Positions 40,910-50,045 are shown, counted from the stretch's first letter. The stretch is 64,000 bases of DNA from Waterburya sp. (GCA_965217895.1 CBDCJV010000002.1:3264001-3328000); one strand, 5' to 3'. Numbers and translations: made by a program. The notes: a model not told the origin generated them from the sequence alone.

Positions 40910-41701
40910 TCATCTAGACAAAAGTTGAATCGGATCGCCTGCTTTGACTATGCCCTCGACAAGTACCGCCCCATATACCCCAGCATAGCCTTCATGGGAC
41001 TGAGCAATATGCTTAATTAATTTAGAATCTACTGCTGCTGTGTCTGGATTGACGGTAATTACTTTGCATCTTGGATCGCGTTCGAGTACATTTATTTCCA
41101 AGCGATCGCCAATTTTTAAGCAATGACCGACTAAATCATTTTCATATTTTGTTTGCTCATTGTTCCACTTGACGTAAAAATTGGCTCGAAACTGTCGTTT
41201 ATCGATTTCTGTATTTAGTTCTTCTGCCAATAGATCTCGCATCTGCATAGAAAATATAGATAGTGGTCGGCAATCGAACTGACTTCTTTGGCTAAAATGC
41301 AGACTGAGATTGCGATCGCCAGTTAGAGATTTTAGATGTTCTAAAAAAGCATGATTATCGAGGCTGTAAACATCACTATTTGGAGCTTCAACTTCAACGC
41401 TAAATTGATTTTGATCGGGATAGAGAGGATTGATGCCTGGGGGCATTTTTTGTGCTGCTGCTAAGTTTCCTGGCTGTAGGGTGGCACTATGATTTTTATA
41501 CCGAGGCTGATACAGTAAAAGTGATTCATAGTCTCGAATCGTGAACCAAGGAAAGGCGGGATTGCCCTCACCATTAACAATTCCGTAAAGGCGATCGCCC
41601 ATCATTCCCGCGAAAGAGACAAAAATTTCATCAAGCGTTTCTCCTCTCATACTCTTAACTGGATAACGCCAGATGCTTTCAACCGTGCCAATTGGGGACA
41701 T
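40910..41701 (-). CDS. MOSC domain protein (MOSC_N + MOSC; YcbX/mARC-like)
   Basis: IWRYPVKSMRGE, GDR, QFRANF and PRCKVIT (Moco-ligating Cys). Confidence 0.9.
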   Translation of the reverse strand: MSPIGTVESIWRYPVKSMRGETLDEIFVSFAGMMGDRLYGIVNGEGNPAFPWFTIRDYESLLLYQPRYKNHSATLQPGNLAAAQKMPPGINPLYPDQNQFSVEVEAPNSDVYSLDNHAFLEHLKSLTGDRNLSLHFSQRSQFDCRPLSIFSMQMRDLLAEELNTEIDKRQFRANFYVKWNNEQTKYENDLVGHCLKIGDRLEINVLERDPRCKVITVNPDTAAVDSKLIKHIAQSHEGYAGVYGAVLVEGIVKAGDPIQLLSR

Positions 41702-41984
41702 TTGCCGACCTCATTTACAAGAGATTAGTATCGATTGCAGCATATTCAAAAGAGCTTTGTTAAACAGTAAACAGCGTTACTTTATTGCTAGAAATCGCCA
41801 ATTCTTTCTCAAGACTCCGCCCTAAACAGATGGACAGATGGGGATGTGTGCCTTTCTGCATACTCTTTAAATACCTTTGTAAGGTAGGCATTGCCCACCT
41901 TACGAGTTATTGGTTGCACTCTTTTTTCTGGTATGAGTTAAATCAAGCTTTTTTATCAACAGGTCATAACTTGATATAATAAGT

Positions 41985-42026
41985 GTATTCAATGATACTT
42001 TTGCCAAGTTAAATTACCTTTATTTT
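41985..42026 (+). promoter_or_regulatory. NtcA-activated class II promoter
   Basis: GTA-TTCAATGA-TAC (41985-41998), exactly 22 nt, then TATTTT (TAN3T, 42021-42026), 56 nt before the ATG at 42083. Confidence 0.75.
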
Positions 42027-42082
42027 TAAATGGAAAGTAAGTCTCTACAGCCCTTTTAAAACTTTTCATTGGAGATATATTT

Positions 42083-43513
42083 ATGTCCGCTACCAAAATC
42101 TGGGATAAAGAGCCGTTTTGGGGATTGAGCTACGATCTAGATCCTCAATGGGTGCTAACCTCAGCCCAAAAGGAATTACAGACCAAATTAATCGAGCTTT
42201 GCGCTACTACACTACGCCCTAACGCCGTTGAATCCGATGCTGCTCTAATTTATCCTCGTAAGAATTTTGAAGCTCTAGCGAGTCTTGGTTTGTTAAGTCT
42301 TTTAGTACCTAAAAAATGGTGCGGTTTGGGCGAAAATCATACTTGTGCTGCAATGGTGGTGGAAACGATCGCCCGCTATGGTTGTCCAAGTACTGCTATG
42401 TGTTATACGATGCACTTAGGAGCAGTAACTACAGCCTTGTTTCGCGCCGATCGCAACTTGGAACTACAGCAGGTTTTACAGCGTTTAGACTCGGATGTAT
42501 TTATTGGCACGCTTTCTTTTTCCGATCCTGAAACTGGTTCTCACTTCTGGTATCCCTTCTCTTCTAAAGCCAAAAAAGTAGCGGGAGGATGGGAAGTTCT
42601 CAAAAAAGCTTCCTGGACGACATCGGCGGGTTTTGCTGATTGGTACGTGGTGCAGACTACTAGCCCTGACTTTGATGGCGACTACTCTGATTTATCTTGT
42701 TTCTTGGTTTATGCCGACGAAGTACAGGCCGAACCTAAAAAATGGGATGCTCTTGGTTTACGGGGCAATCAATCGGGAACTTTATTAGTTGATAATGTAA
42801 AAATTCCCGAAACAAGAATGATCGGTGAAACGGGGGAAGGTGCGATCGCCAATGATGAGATAGTCGATCCGTTTTTCCTGCTTTGTTCTTCGGCCTGTTG
42901 GAATGGCATTGCTATGGGGGCGATCGATATTGCTAAACGTCATACTACCAAGAAGAAGCATATTGATGTGGGAATGCGGGTGGCTGACTATCCGACAATT
43001 CAGGACTATTTTGGCGAAGCGGTAATGGATAGTAATGCGTCTCGTAGTTTTGTCTTCTCAATGGCAAAGCTAATGGACGACTTGACTAATAACTGTGATT
43101 GGACACTTCATCTTAATGCAGAAAATAATCCTCGTTCGGCTTATCTACATTGGTACTGGCAGATTAAATTTATTGCAGCGAAAAATGTAGCTCAAGTTAC
43201 GGATAAAATGCTTCATGCCTGTGGCGGAACTGGTTTTAAAAAAGAATTAGGTATTGAAAGATATCTGCGCGATGGCAAAGCAGGCTGGGTTATGGGTCCT
43301 ACTAATGAGGTTTTAAGACAATTTGTGGGCAAATTTGCTCTGTTTAATGGTTATGAAGCTCTCGACTACTGGAATCAATCTGTAAACAAAAGAGTCCTGC
43401 ACAATGAGATTAAAAAAATGGATGCAGCAGCTAAAAAGCAATTGGCGGAAGAATTGCTAGCAGAATTGGCAGAACAAGAATCGGCGCAGGATGTGTTGGT
43501 AACGTCAGGTTAA
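42083..43513 (+). CDS. Acyl-CoA dehydrogenase-fold flavoprotein (possible monooxygenase)
   Basis: CPSTAMCYTMH, SDPETGS, LGLRGNQSG, ACGGTG and ERYLRDGKAGWVMGPT; the YEGT catalytic motif is absent. Confidence 0.85.
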   Translation: MSATKIWDKEPFWGLSYDLDPQWVLTSAQKELQTKLIELCATTLRPNAVESDAALIYPRKNFEALASLGLLSLLVPKKWCGLGENHTCAAMVVETIARYGCPSTAMCYTMHLGAVTTALFRADRNLELQQVLQRLDSDVFIGTLSFSDPETGSHFWYPFSSKAKKVAGGWEVLKKASWTTSAGFADWYVVQTTSPDFDGDYSDLSCFLVYADEVQAEPKKWDALGLRGNQSGTLLVDNVKIPETRMIGETGEGAIANDEIVDPFFLLCSSACWNGIAMGAIDIAKRHTTKKKHIDVGMRVADYPTIQDYFGEAVMDSNASRSFVFSMAKLMDDLTNNCDWTLHLNAENNPRSAYLHWYWQIKFIAAKNVAQVTDKMLHACGGTGFKKELGIERYLRDGKAGWVMGPTNEVLRQFVGKFALFNGYEALDYWNQSVNKRVLHNEIKKMDAAAKKQLAEELLAELAEQESAQDVLVTSG

Positions 43514-43542
43514 TTAATTCGTGAATCGCCCGTACAGTAATA

Positions 43543-44699
43543 CTAAATCCGATTACCAAAGTGTGTATAAAATAGTGAGGAATAACTTAAAAATGTTAAA
43601 TGCCAAAAACAGCTTATTTAGCAAAACATTTTAGTTCTTCTGAACTAAAAGAAAAGTATCTGAAGAGTCAAAACTCAGTGGAAGTGAGAAGATGGCATCT
43701 GAATCGCGAAAATATCTTTGGGATGGACGATTAAAAATAGTGCGCTCGCTGTGGGATGTTCTTATTCTTATGCTCAAAAGATTCTCGGTCGGTACAACCT
43801 CTATGGAGAGGAAGGGGTCAAAAATTGCCAAAATAAAACCAGCAATCATGTTAGAGGAAAAAAAAGGTTACTATCACAACCACAATTAGAAAAACTAACA
43901 AAAGCGATCGCCAAAGAGTTACCAGACGGAGGAATCTGGACAGGAACTAAGGTAGCTCGCTGGATTGAAAAAGAAACGGGCAGAGAAAAAGTCGGGAATC
44001 AGAGAGGATGGGACTACTTAAAAAAGTGCGGTTACTCTTGGCAAAGTCCAAGACCAACACATAAAAAAGCCAATAAATTAGAGCAAGAGATGTTCAAAAG
44101 TAACTTGCCATTGAAACTTAAGCAACTTGAACAAGAAAATCCAGATGTGGAGGTAGAACTGTGGTTTTTCGACGAGCATAGAGTAGGATTAAAACCAATA
44201 CTAAAAAAGGTTTGGTCAAAAGTTGGTCATCGACCAGAAGCAATAGTACAACATCGATACGAATGGTTGTATGTTTATGGGTTCGTTAAGCCAAAAACTG
44301 GAGAAACTTTATGGTATCTAATTCCCAGAGTTAATACAAATTGGCTGAATCTGGTTTATCAACAGTTTGCTATTGATGCTGGAATTAATAATCAAAAAAA
44401 ATTCTTTTGATAGAAGATAATGCAGGATGGCATCACAGCAAAAAAGCGATTATTCCAGAGGGAATAAAGATTGATTTTTTACCTCCTTATTCTCCAGAGT
44501 TACAGCCAGCCGAAAGGTTATGGCAGTTAGTAGATGAACCTCTGGTAAATCAATATTTTGAAACTATCAATGAGATAGAGGACATTTTAGTTGAGCGTTG
44601 TTGTGTAGTCAGTGAAATGAAAGATGAAGTTCGTAAATTGACTAACTATCATTGGCTAAAAAACGCTTGTTGTTTACATACTTTATAAATCGGATTTAG
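43543..44699 (+). mobile_element. IS630-family insertion sequence (1157 bp), TA target duplication
   Basis: TA|CTAAATCCGATT ... AATCGGATTTAG|TA; encodes HTH and DDE motifs (FFDEHR, EDNAGWH, LPPYSPELQPAE). Confidence 0.92.
43600..44688 (+). pseudogene. IS630 transposase with two frameshifts
   Basis: ATG 43600 MPKTAYLAKH...RRWHL shifts frame near 43702-43708 into KISLGWTIK; second shift at an A8 run (44394-44401) before LIEDNAGWH. Confidence 0.85.
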
Positions 44700-44751
44700 T
44701 ATAATAAGTTTTTCTTGCTTTTTACTTTGTATCGTAATCGTTGAAACAGCC

Positions 44752-45423
44752 ATGAAAACTACAGTTGAAACCGAAAAATATGCGGATTTACCGCCAGCTT
44801 TAGGGGAGGTGGTTGCGGAATATAGAATTGAGCCAGGCAGCGCGATCGCTTATCAGGTCAAAAAGAACTACTATATTCAGATTATTGATGTCAATGGTTC
44901 TCAATGCGCCGACTGGATCGCCTTCAATAATTCAGATTTGGCAGAGTCAATAGACAATACGGTGACAAGGACGATTAACCAAACTACAGTCCCTAAAGTT
45001 GGCAACAACAGCTATTTCTACTCAACCAAAATGCGATCGCTGGCTCAGATAGTCATAGACACTTGCGGTTATCATGACAGCTTGCTTCTTGCCTGTACCA
45101 GTAGTTATTACGAAGATTTAGGCTATGCTCAACATCCAAGCTGTAGCGAAAATTTTAATCAGGTACTCAAGCCTTATGGCATTAAACCCAGAAAGGGATG
45201 GGCTGCGGTTAATTTTTTTTATAACACCAGTGTAGACCCCAAAGGTGTAATTACGGCTCAAAAATCGCGATCGCGATCGGGTGACTGCGTTGTTTTGCGA
45301 GCCTGTAGCGATTTACTCTGCGCGACTTCTTCCTGTGCTGATGACATTAGCTCAATTAATGGCGATAAACTAACTCCCATTCACGTTCGTATTTACCAGC
45401 AAATAAACAAACATAACATATGA
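44752..45423 (+). CDS. Stand-alone DUF1989 protein resembling the TMAO demethylase metal-binding domain
   Basis: YIQIIDVNGSQCAD, DTCGYHDSLLLACTSSYYEDLGYAQHPSCSENF, GWAAVNFFYNT, SSCADDIS.ING and IHVRIY. Confidence 0.8.
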   Translation: MKTTVETEKYADLPPALGEVVAEYRIEPGSAIAYQVKKNYYIQIIDVNGSQCADWIAFNNSDLAESIDNTVTRTINQTTVPKVGNNSYFYSTKMRSLAQIVIDTCGYHDSLLLACTSSYYEDLGYAQHPSCSENFNQVLKPYGIKPRKGWAAVNFFYNTSVDPKGVITAQKSRSRSGDCVVLRACSDLLCATSSCADDISSINGDKLTPIHVRIYQQINKHNI

Positions 45424-46802
45424 CCGCCAGACATAAAATAGAGCAAGAGCTAATTCAAACAGACCCTTTACTACTGCGATCGCAACTGCAAGAACAAGGA
45501 GTCAAATACGCTTTAGCTAGCTATGTAGATATTCATGGAAAGTGTAAAGCGAAGATGGTTCCCTTGAGTCATTTTGAGCAAATGCTACAAGGGTCAGAAT
45601 TGTTTACAGGAGCTGCTTTAGATGGTATTCCCCAATCAATTCATGATGAAGAAGTTGCCGCTCATCCCGATTTAAACAGTGGAACTATTCTGCCCTGGAA
45701 TCGCGAAGTTGTCTGGTTTGCTAGCGATCTGTATTTAAAAAATGAACCCTTTGAGGCTTGCTCGCGAAATATATTCAAGCGGGTATTGGCACAAGCAAAT
45801 GAAATGGGGTACACCTTTAATTTAGGCATTGAAACAGAATTCTTTATTCTCAAAGATACAGAGGATGGTAAATTTACGCCTGCAAGCGATCGCGATAATT
45901 TAGTCAAAGCTGCTTATGATGTGCCAACTCTTTTAGATAACTATCAGGTAATTAATGAACTGGTGACGGCGATGAATGAGCTGGGGTGGGATGTTTACTC
46001 CTTCGATCATGAAGATGCTCAAGGACAATTTGAGATTGATTTCAATTATAGTGATGGGCTATCTATGGCAGATCGCTTTACCTTCTTCCGCCTGATGGCA
46101 AAAGAAATTGCCCAAAAACACGGTTATTTTGCCTCATTTATGCCCAAACTGTCGTCGAAGCTCACAGGCAGTGGCGCACACTATAATATGTCCCTGGCAG
46201 ACAAAGATACTGATAAAAACCTATTTATCGATTTAGCAGATCCCAGAGGCTGCAAACTATCAAAGTTGGGTTATCAATTTATTGCAGGTATCCTTAACCA
46301 CGCTTCGGCAATTTGTGCCGTAACCTGTCCCACGGTTAATAGCTATAAAAGACTTGTCCGTCAAGGTGCTATGTCAGGCTCAACCTGGGCTCCTGTCTAT
46401 ATCTGCTATGGCAACAATAATCGTACCAATATGCTGCGAATTCCCCTAGCGGGTGGCAGAGTCGAATGTCGGGCAGCCGATATCTCAACCAATCTTTATC
46501 TTGGTGCAGCCATGATCTTGGCAGCAGGTTTAGAAGGCATCCGAGAAGAGCTAGATCCTGGTGAACCTCACACTGAAAATATGTATGAGTATACATTGGC
46601 TGAATTGAAAGCCAAAGGAATTCAATCCCTACCTCAGACATTAGGAGAAGCAGTCGAAGCATTTACAGCAGATCCCCTAAGCGAAAAAGTTATGGGAAAG
46701 GCGATGTATCAGAGTTTTATCGATTACAAGCAACAAGAGTGGTCAGAATATCATTCTCATGTTTCGGATTGGGAAATTCAGCGTTATCTTAAATTCTTTT
46801 AA
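45420..46802 (+). CDS. glnT: GlnT-type glutamate-amine ligase (GmaS-like)
   Basis: YVDIHGKCKAK, GIETEF, DHEDAQGQFE, FMPK...GSGAH, PTVNSYKR and NNRTNMLR; 4-bp ATGA overlap with the DUF1989 gene. Confidence 0.8.
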   Translation: MTARHKIEQELIQTDPLLLRSQLQEQGVKYALASYVDIHGKCKAKMVPLSHFEQMLQGSELFTGAALDGIPQSIHDEEVAAHPDLNSGTILPWNREVVWFASDLYLKNEPFEACSRNIFKRVLAQANEMGYTFNLGIETEFFILKDTEDGKFTPASDRDNLVKAAYDVPTLLDNYQVINELVTAMNELGWDVYSFDHEDAQGQFEIDFNYSDGLSMADRFTFFRLMAKEIAQKHGYFASFMPKLSSKLTGSGAHYNMSLADKDTDKNLFIDLADPRGCKLSKLGYQFIAGILNHASAICAVTCPTVNSYKRLVRQGAMSGSTWAPVYICYGNNNRTNMLRIPLAGGRVECRAADISTNLYLGAAMILAAGLEGIREELDPGEPHTENMYEYTLAELKAKGIQSLPQTLGEAVEAFTADPLSEKVMGKAMYQSFIDYKQQEWSEYHSHVSDWEIQRYLKFF

Positions 46803-47146
46803 TCCAAATAGTTTGTGCATAATTTGTTCGTACTATACCGAAAAGATTAGATTGAAAATATAGTCAAAGGTGATATTTTAGTAAAAGATTCTATTCATTT
46901 CGCTTTAGAAATTACTGTCCAAAAAACTAGTTGACTACAGAATTTTCTTGTCCGTTTTAATTTCTGAATAATAGAACTCAGCTAATCATTTTAGTTGGTT
47001 TTATGGGTTTGTTGAACATCTTCAAACAGATAATAGTTTTATTTTTAGTTTTGATAATCAAATTTTAATTTTGAAGTTATAAAACTTTAAAAATAACCGC
47101 CAACAATGCTAGCTTTTGATGATTTAGCGAATAACTTTAGCAACTT

Positions 47147-47187
47147 GTAGCTAAGGTTACAAAAAAAAAAGTCATAAATTGTAAACT
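47147..47187 (+). promoter_or_regulatory. NtcA-activated promoter of amt
   Basis: TT-GTA-GCTAAGGT-TAC-AA (core 47147-47160), 21 nt, then TAAACT (47182-47187). Confidence 0.8.
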
Positions 47188-47288
47188 TGTCATATTAAGT
47201 TAAATTTCCTAAAAAATATCAAGTCTTATAATTGCCAATATTTTAGGAAAAAATCCCAGAATTTAAACATTATCAACACTTAAATTAA

Positions 47289-48686
47289 ATGAACCCTGAA
47301 GCACAAGAATTTTTAGGAACATTTGTCTCAGAAACCTATTACTATTGGGCATCTGTGTTCATGCTCCTTATTCACGCTGGCTTTCTGGCATACGAGGGAG
47401 GCGCGTCTCGCTGTAAAAATGTGCTGGCAACCATGGTCAAGAATTTACTTACCTTATCCAGCGTCGGGATTTCTTTCTTTCTCTTTGGCTGGTGGGTCTA
47501 TAATGGTTTCCCTTTGTTTCCTGTAGAGGGAGGAATTATTGGTCCCTGGACTAACCCCCAGACGAGCGAACTAATTGGCGAATTAAAACCTTTAGCAGAC
47601 GCTTCCTATCCTTGGTCGGCAGCTATGGGACCTAATACCGCCGATAATTTAACAGGGGTGTTTTTCTTTGCCTTTGCTCTATTTGCCATGACCACCGCAT
47701 CAATTCTTTCTGGTGCAGTCATAGAGAGGATTAAAGTAGGAGCTTACGTTGTTCTTTCTATTGTGTTAGGTTCATTTACCTGGGTAGTAGCAGCAGCTTG
47801 GGGATGGCATTATAAAGGCTGGTTCTTAACATCTTTTGGATATCATGACTTTGGCTGTTCGGCAGTAGTTCATGGAGTTTCTGGCTTTTTTGCTCTAGGG
47901 GTTTTAATTAACCTAGGACCAAGAGTAGGCAAATATGACGAAAATGGTAAACCCAGAGCTATTTTGCCCCACAATCTGCCTCTAACTATGTTGGGTTTGA
48001 TGCTGATTTTTGTCGGCTTCTATGCCTTTTTAGCAGCTTGTGTTATTTTTGTTCCTGGTCAAACTGTAGAGACAAGCATTTATGGCACACCCATGACTCT
48101 ATCCTCGATTGGAGTCAATACTACCTTAGCTTTGGCTGCTGGGATTATTGGAGCTTACATTTCTAGTAAATCCGAACCCTTTTTTACAATTTCTGGTGGT
48201 TTAGCGGGTATTATTACCGTCGGCGGGGGCTTAGATTTATATCATCCTCTAATTGTGATTCCCTTGGCTTTTTCAGGAGCTTTTATGATACCCAAAGTAG
48301 CTGCTGCTGTAGAAAGAGCAGGAATTGATGATGCGGTGGGAGCATTTGCAGTACACGGTTTTTGCGGTATGCTCGGAGCTATCTTACCAGGGTTTTTTGC
48401 CTATGGTTATCCTCAAGCTGAAGGAATACCCTTAATCAATCCTATCGGTCAGATTATTCCTACCTTGATTTGTATTATTATTTTGGGCTTTATTCCTGGA
48501 TATGGAACGAGTTTTGTCTTGCAAAAATTAGGTTTATTGCGGGTTTCTCGTGCCGAAGAAATTGAAGGTTTAGATATAGCTGACATGGGTGTAGAAGGCT
48601 ATCCAGAATACAACACAGCTTGGCAATCGTCAAATTTAAACACTCACAATACATCTCCAGTGAGTAGTCCTGTAAATTACCCATAA
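47289..48686 (+). CDS. Amt family transporter (divergent type)
   Basis: AGFLAYEGG.SR.KN, SILSGAVIER, HDFGCSAVVH, LGPR and DDAVGAFAVHG (twin His present). Confidence 0.92.
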   Translation: MNPEAQEFLGTFVSETYYYWASVFMLLIHAGFLAYEGGASRCKNVLATMVKNLLTLSSVGISFFLFGWWVYNGFPLFPVEGGIIGPWTNPQTSELIGELKPLADASYPWSAAMGPNTADNLTGVFFFAFALFAMTTASILSGAVIERIKVGAYVVLSIVLGSFTWVVAAAWGWHYKGWFLTSFGYHDFGCSAVVHGVSGFFALGVLINLGPRVGKYDENGKPRAILPHNLPLTMLGLMLIFVGFYAFLAACVIFVPGQTVETSIYGTPMTLSSIGVNTTLALAAGIIGAYISSKSEPFFTISGGLAGIITVGGGLDLYHPLIVIPLAFSGAFMIPKVAAAVERAGIDDAVGAFAVHGFCGMLGAILPGFFAYGYPQAEGIPLINPIGQIIPTLICIIILGFIPGYGTSFVLQKLGLLRVSRAEEIEGLDIADMGVEGYPEYNTAWQSSNLNTHNTSPVSSPVNYP

Positions 48687-48773
48687 CTTAATACATTTAA
48701 CTAGCTATTAGCTAACCGCGAAGCAGTCTTAAGACAACATTTAATCAATAATAGGAAAATAGGAAGTAATAAA

Positions 48774-49178
48774 ATGAGCAGTCCTTTTAAAACGCCCCAA
48801 GAGTTTTTGGAGGTCAAAGGTCCAATGTATACTTTTGCCAAAAGTCCTTTTTGGCTTACGCTTTTTCTAGTTTTTACTGTTATAATTTTTCTCTGGTTTA
48901 TTTATGCTAGCTACAAAATCAAAAGCAGCGAGTCCTCAAAATCAGATCCTGCGGTCATGAGCGTTTTGCTTTTGACTGGCTTTATCTCTTTGGCTCAGTC
49001 GGCTTATGTTTCTGGTACAACTGCGATCGAGGCTTATTTGCAAAATAATAAATCTAATGTAGCTTGGGGACGAAAAACAGATACTCCGATAAGAAAAGTA
49101 GCTAGGAGAAACAACACTGCTGGGCGAAGTTATTATTTATCCCGTTCGCATCGAGATGAAACAATTCGTAGAGGTTAA
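48774..49178 (+). CDS. Small membrane protein downstream of amt
   Basis: AGGA RBS, ATG, two hydrophobic segments and a basic tail. Confidence 0.7.
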   Translation: MSSPFKTPQEFLEVKGPMYTFAKSPFWLTLFLVFTVIIFLWFIYASYKIKSSESSKSDPAVMSVLLLTGFISLAQSAYVSGTTAIEAYLQNNKSNVAWGRKTDTPIRKVARRNNTAGRSYYLSRSHRDETIRRG

Positions 49179-49256
49179 AAAATTTGGGCATTGCTGAATC
49201 TGGTAATCTTATTGTTTTTAATTAGCTTGAGTACTGTATAAACATCTTTTACCGAG

Positions 49257-49703
49257 CTATTTTTGAATGAGGATTGCGCCAGCGAGTAGCAGCACTGTTC
49301 CTAAGATGCGAGAGCCGCTGGGAGAAATTTGATTAACCTCGAACGCGCCCGTAGAATCGAGGATGAAAGACATTATCACTTGTCCAGCAATTACCAGAGA
49401 AAAAACAGACGCTACGCCCAGCTTGGGAATGGCGATTAGAGAAGATACTAAGTAATAAGCAGCAAAAATGCCTCCCAGCCAAGCCCAGGGAGGAACGGAA
49501 TTAAACGCAGGCAAAGAGCCTCTTTCAGTTGTTCCGCTAGCCCACAGTAAAAGGAGCGAAATTAAGCTTACGACCAGTGAAACAATGGTAGCGAGAACGG
49601 GAGAACCCGTTGAGATTCGCAAGCGAGCATTCCAAGCAATTTGCACAGCGAGTCCAGCCCCGCCCAGAGCAACTAGAAAAAGAAGAAAGAATCGGTTGAG
49701 CAT
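49257..49703 (-). CDS. DMT family inner-membrane exporter (YdcZ/DUF606)
   Basis: GLAVQIAWNARL, PWAWLGG, PKLG and IAGQ...ILD motifs. Confidence 0.88.
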   Translation of the reverse strand: MLNRFFLLFLVALGGAGLAVQIAWNARLRISTGSPVLATIVSLVVSLISLLLLWASGTTERGSLPAFNSVPPWAWLGGIFAAYYLVSSLIAIPKLGVASVFSLVIAGQVIMSFILDSTGAFEVNQISPSGSRILGTVLLLAGAILIQK

Positions 49704-49971
49704 GGTAAGCGTTGTGAACTAGAGAGCTTTTAGAGTATAGCTAGTAATGAACGGCTTTGTTACGATGATTTTGACAACCAATTGTGCTTAATTCCAGAGG
49801 CATTAGAAAATTAATTGAAGCCACAAAATGCTTAAATATAGAGAAACTCAAGCAAACAATTCTACTGCGATCGCTCTCGTTAGGTTAGTAAAATATACTA
49901 CCAACTACCTAACAGTATAAGTAACCTACGCCAACAGGATTTAGTATCACTTAGTTATTATATAAATTTGC

Positions 49972-50001
49972 TTGACAACTCATAGTCGTTATGAGTATGA
50001 T
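49972..50001 (+). promoter_or_regulatory. Sigma70-type promoter with a palindromic operator (PerR/FurC-like)
   Basis: TTGACA (49972)-18 nt-TATGAT (49996); the palindrome ACTCATA-GTCGT-TATGAGT (49978-49996) fills the spacer. Confidence 0.75.
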
Positions 50002-50045
50002 TTAGTTATAGAAAATTTAAACTTAAATTAGGAGCAAGCCAAACA

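Noticed and set aside
41785..41979. 64-aa ORF upstream of the ACAD-like gene as a leader peptide
   Set aside because: Spans a REP-like palindrome, starts with TTG and ends upstream of the predicted NtcA promoter.
44702..44751. Guanidine riboswitch or guanidine carboxylase pathway for DUF1989
   Set aside because: No riboswitch-like structure is visible upstream, there is only one DUF1989 gene, and no carboxylase or allophanate hydrolase is in the window.
45420..46802. Housekeeping glnA or large GSIII glnN
   Set aside because: Length (460 aa) excludes the ~720-aa GlnN, and the motifs (YVDIHG, DHED..GQFE) fit the GlnT/GmaS group rather than cyanobacterial GSI.
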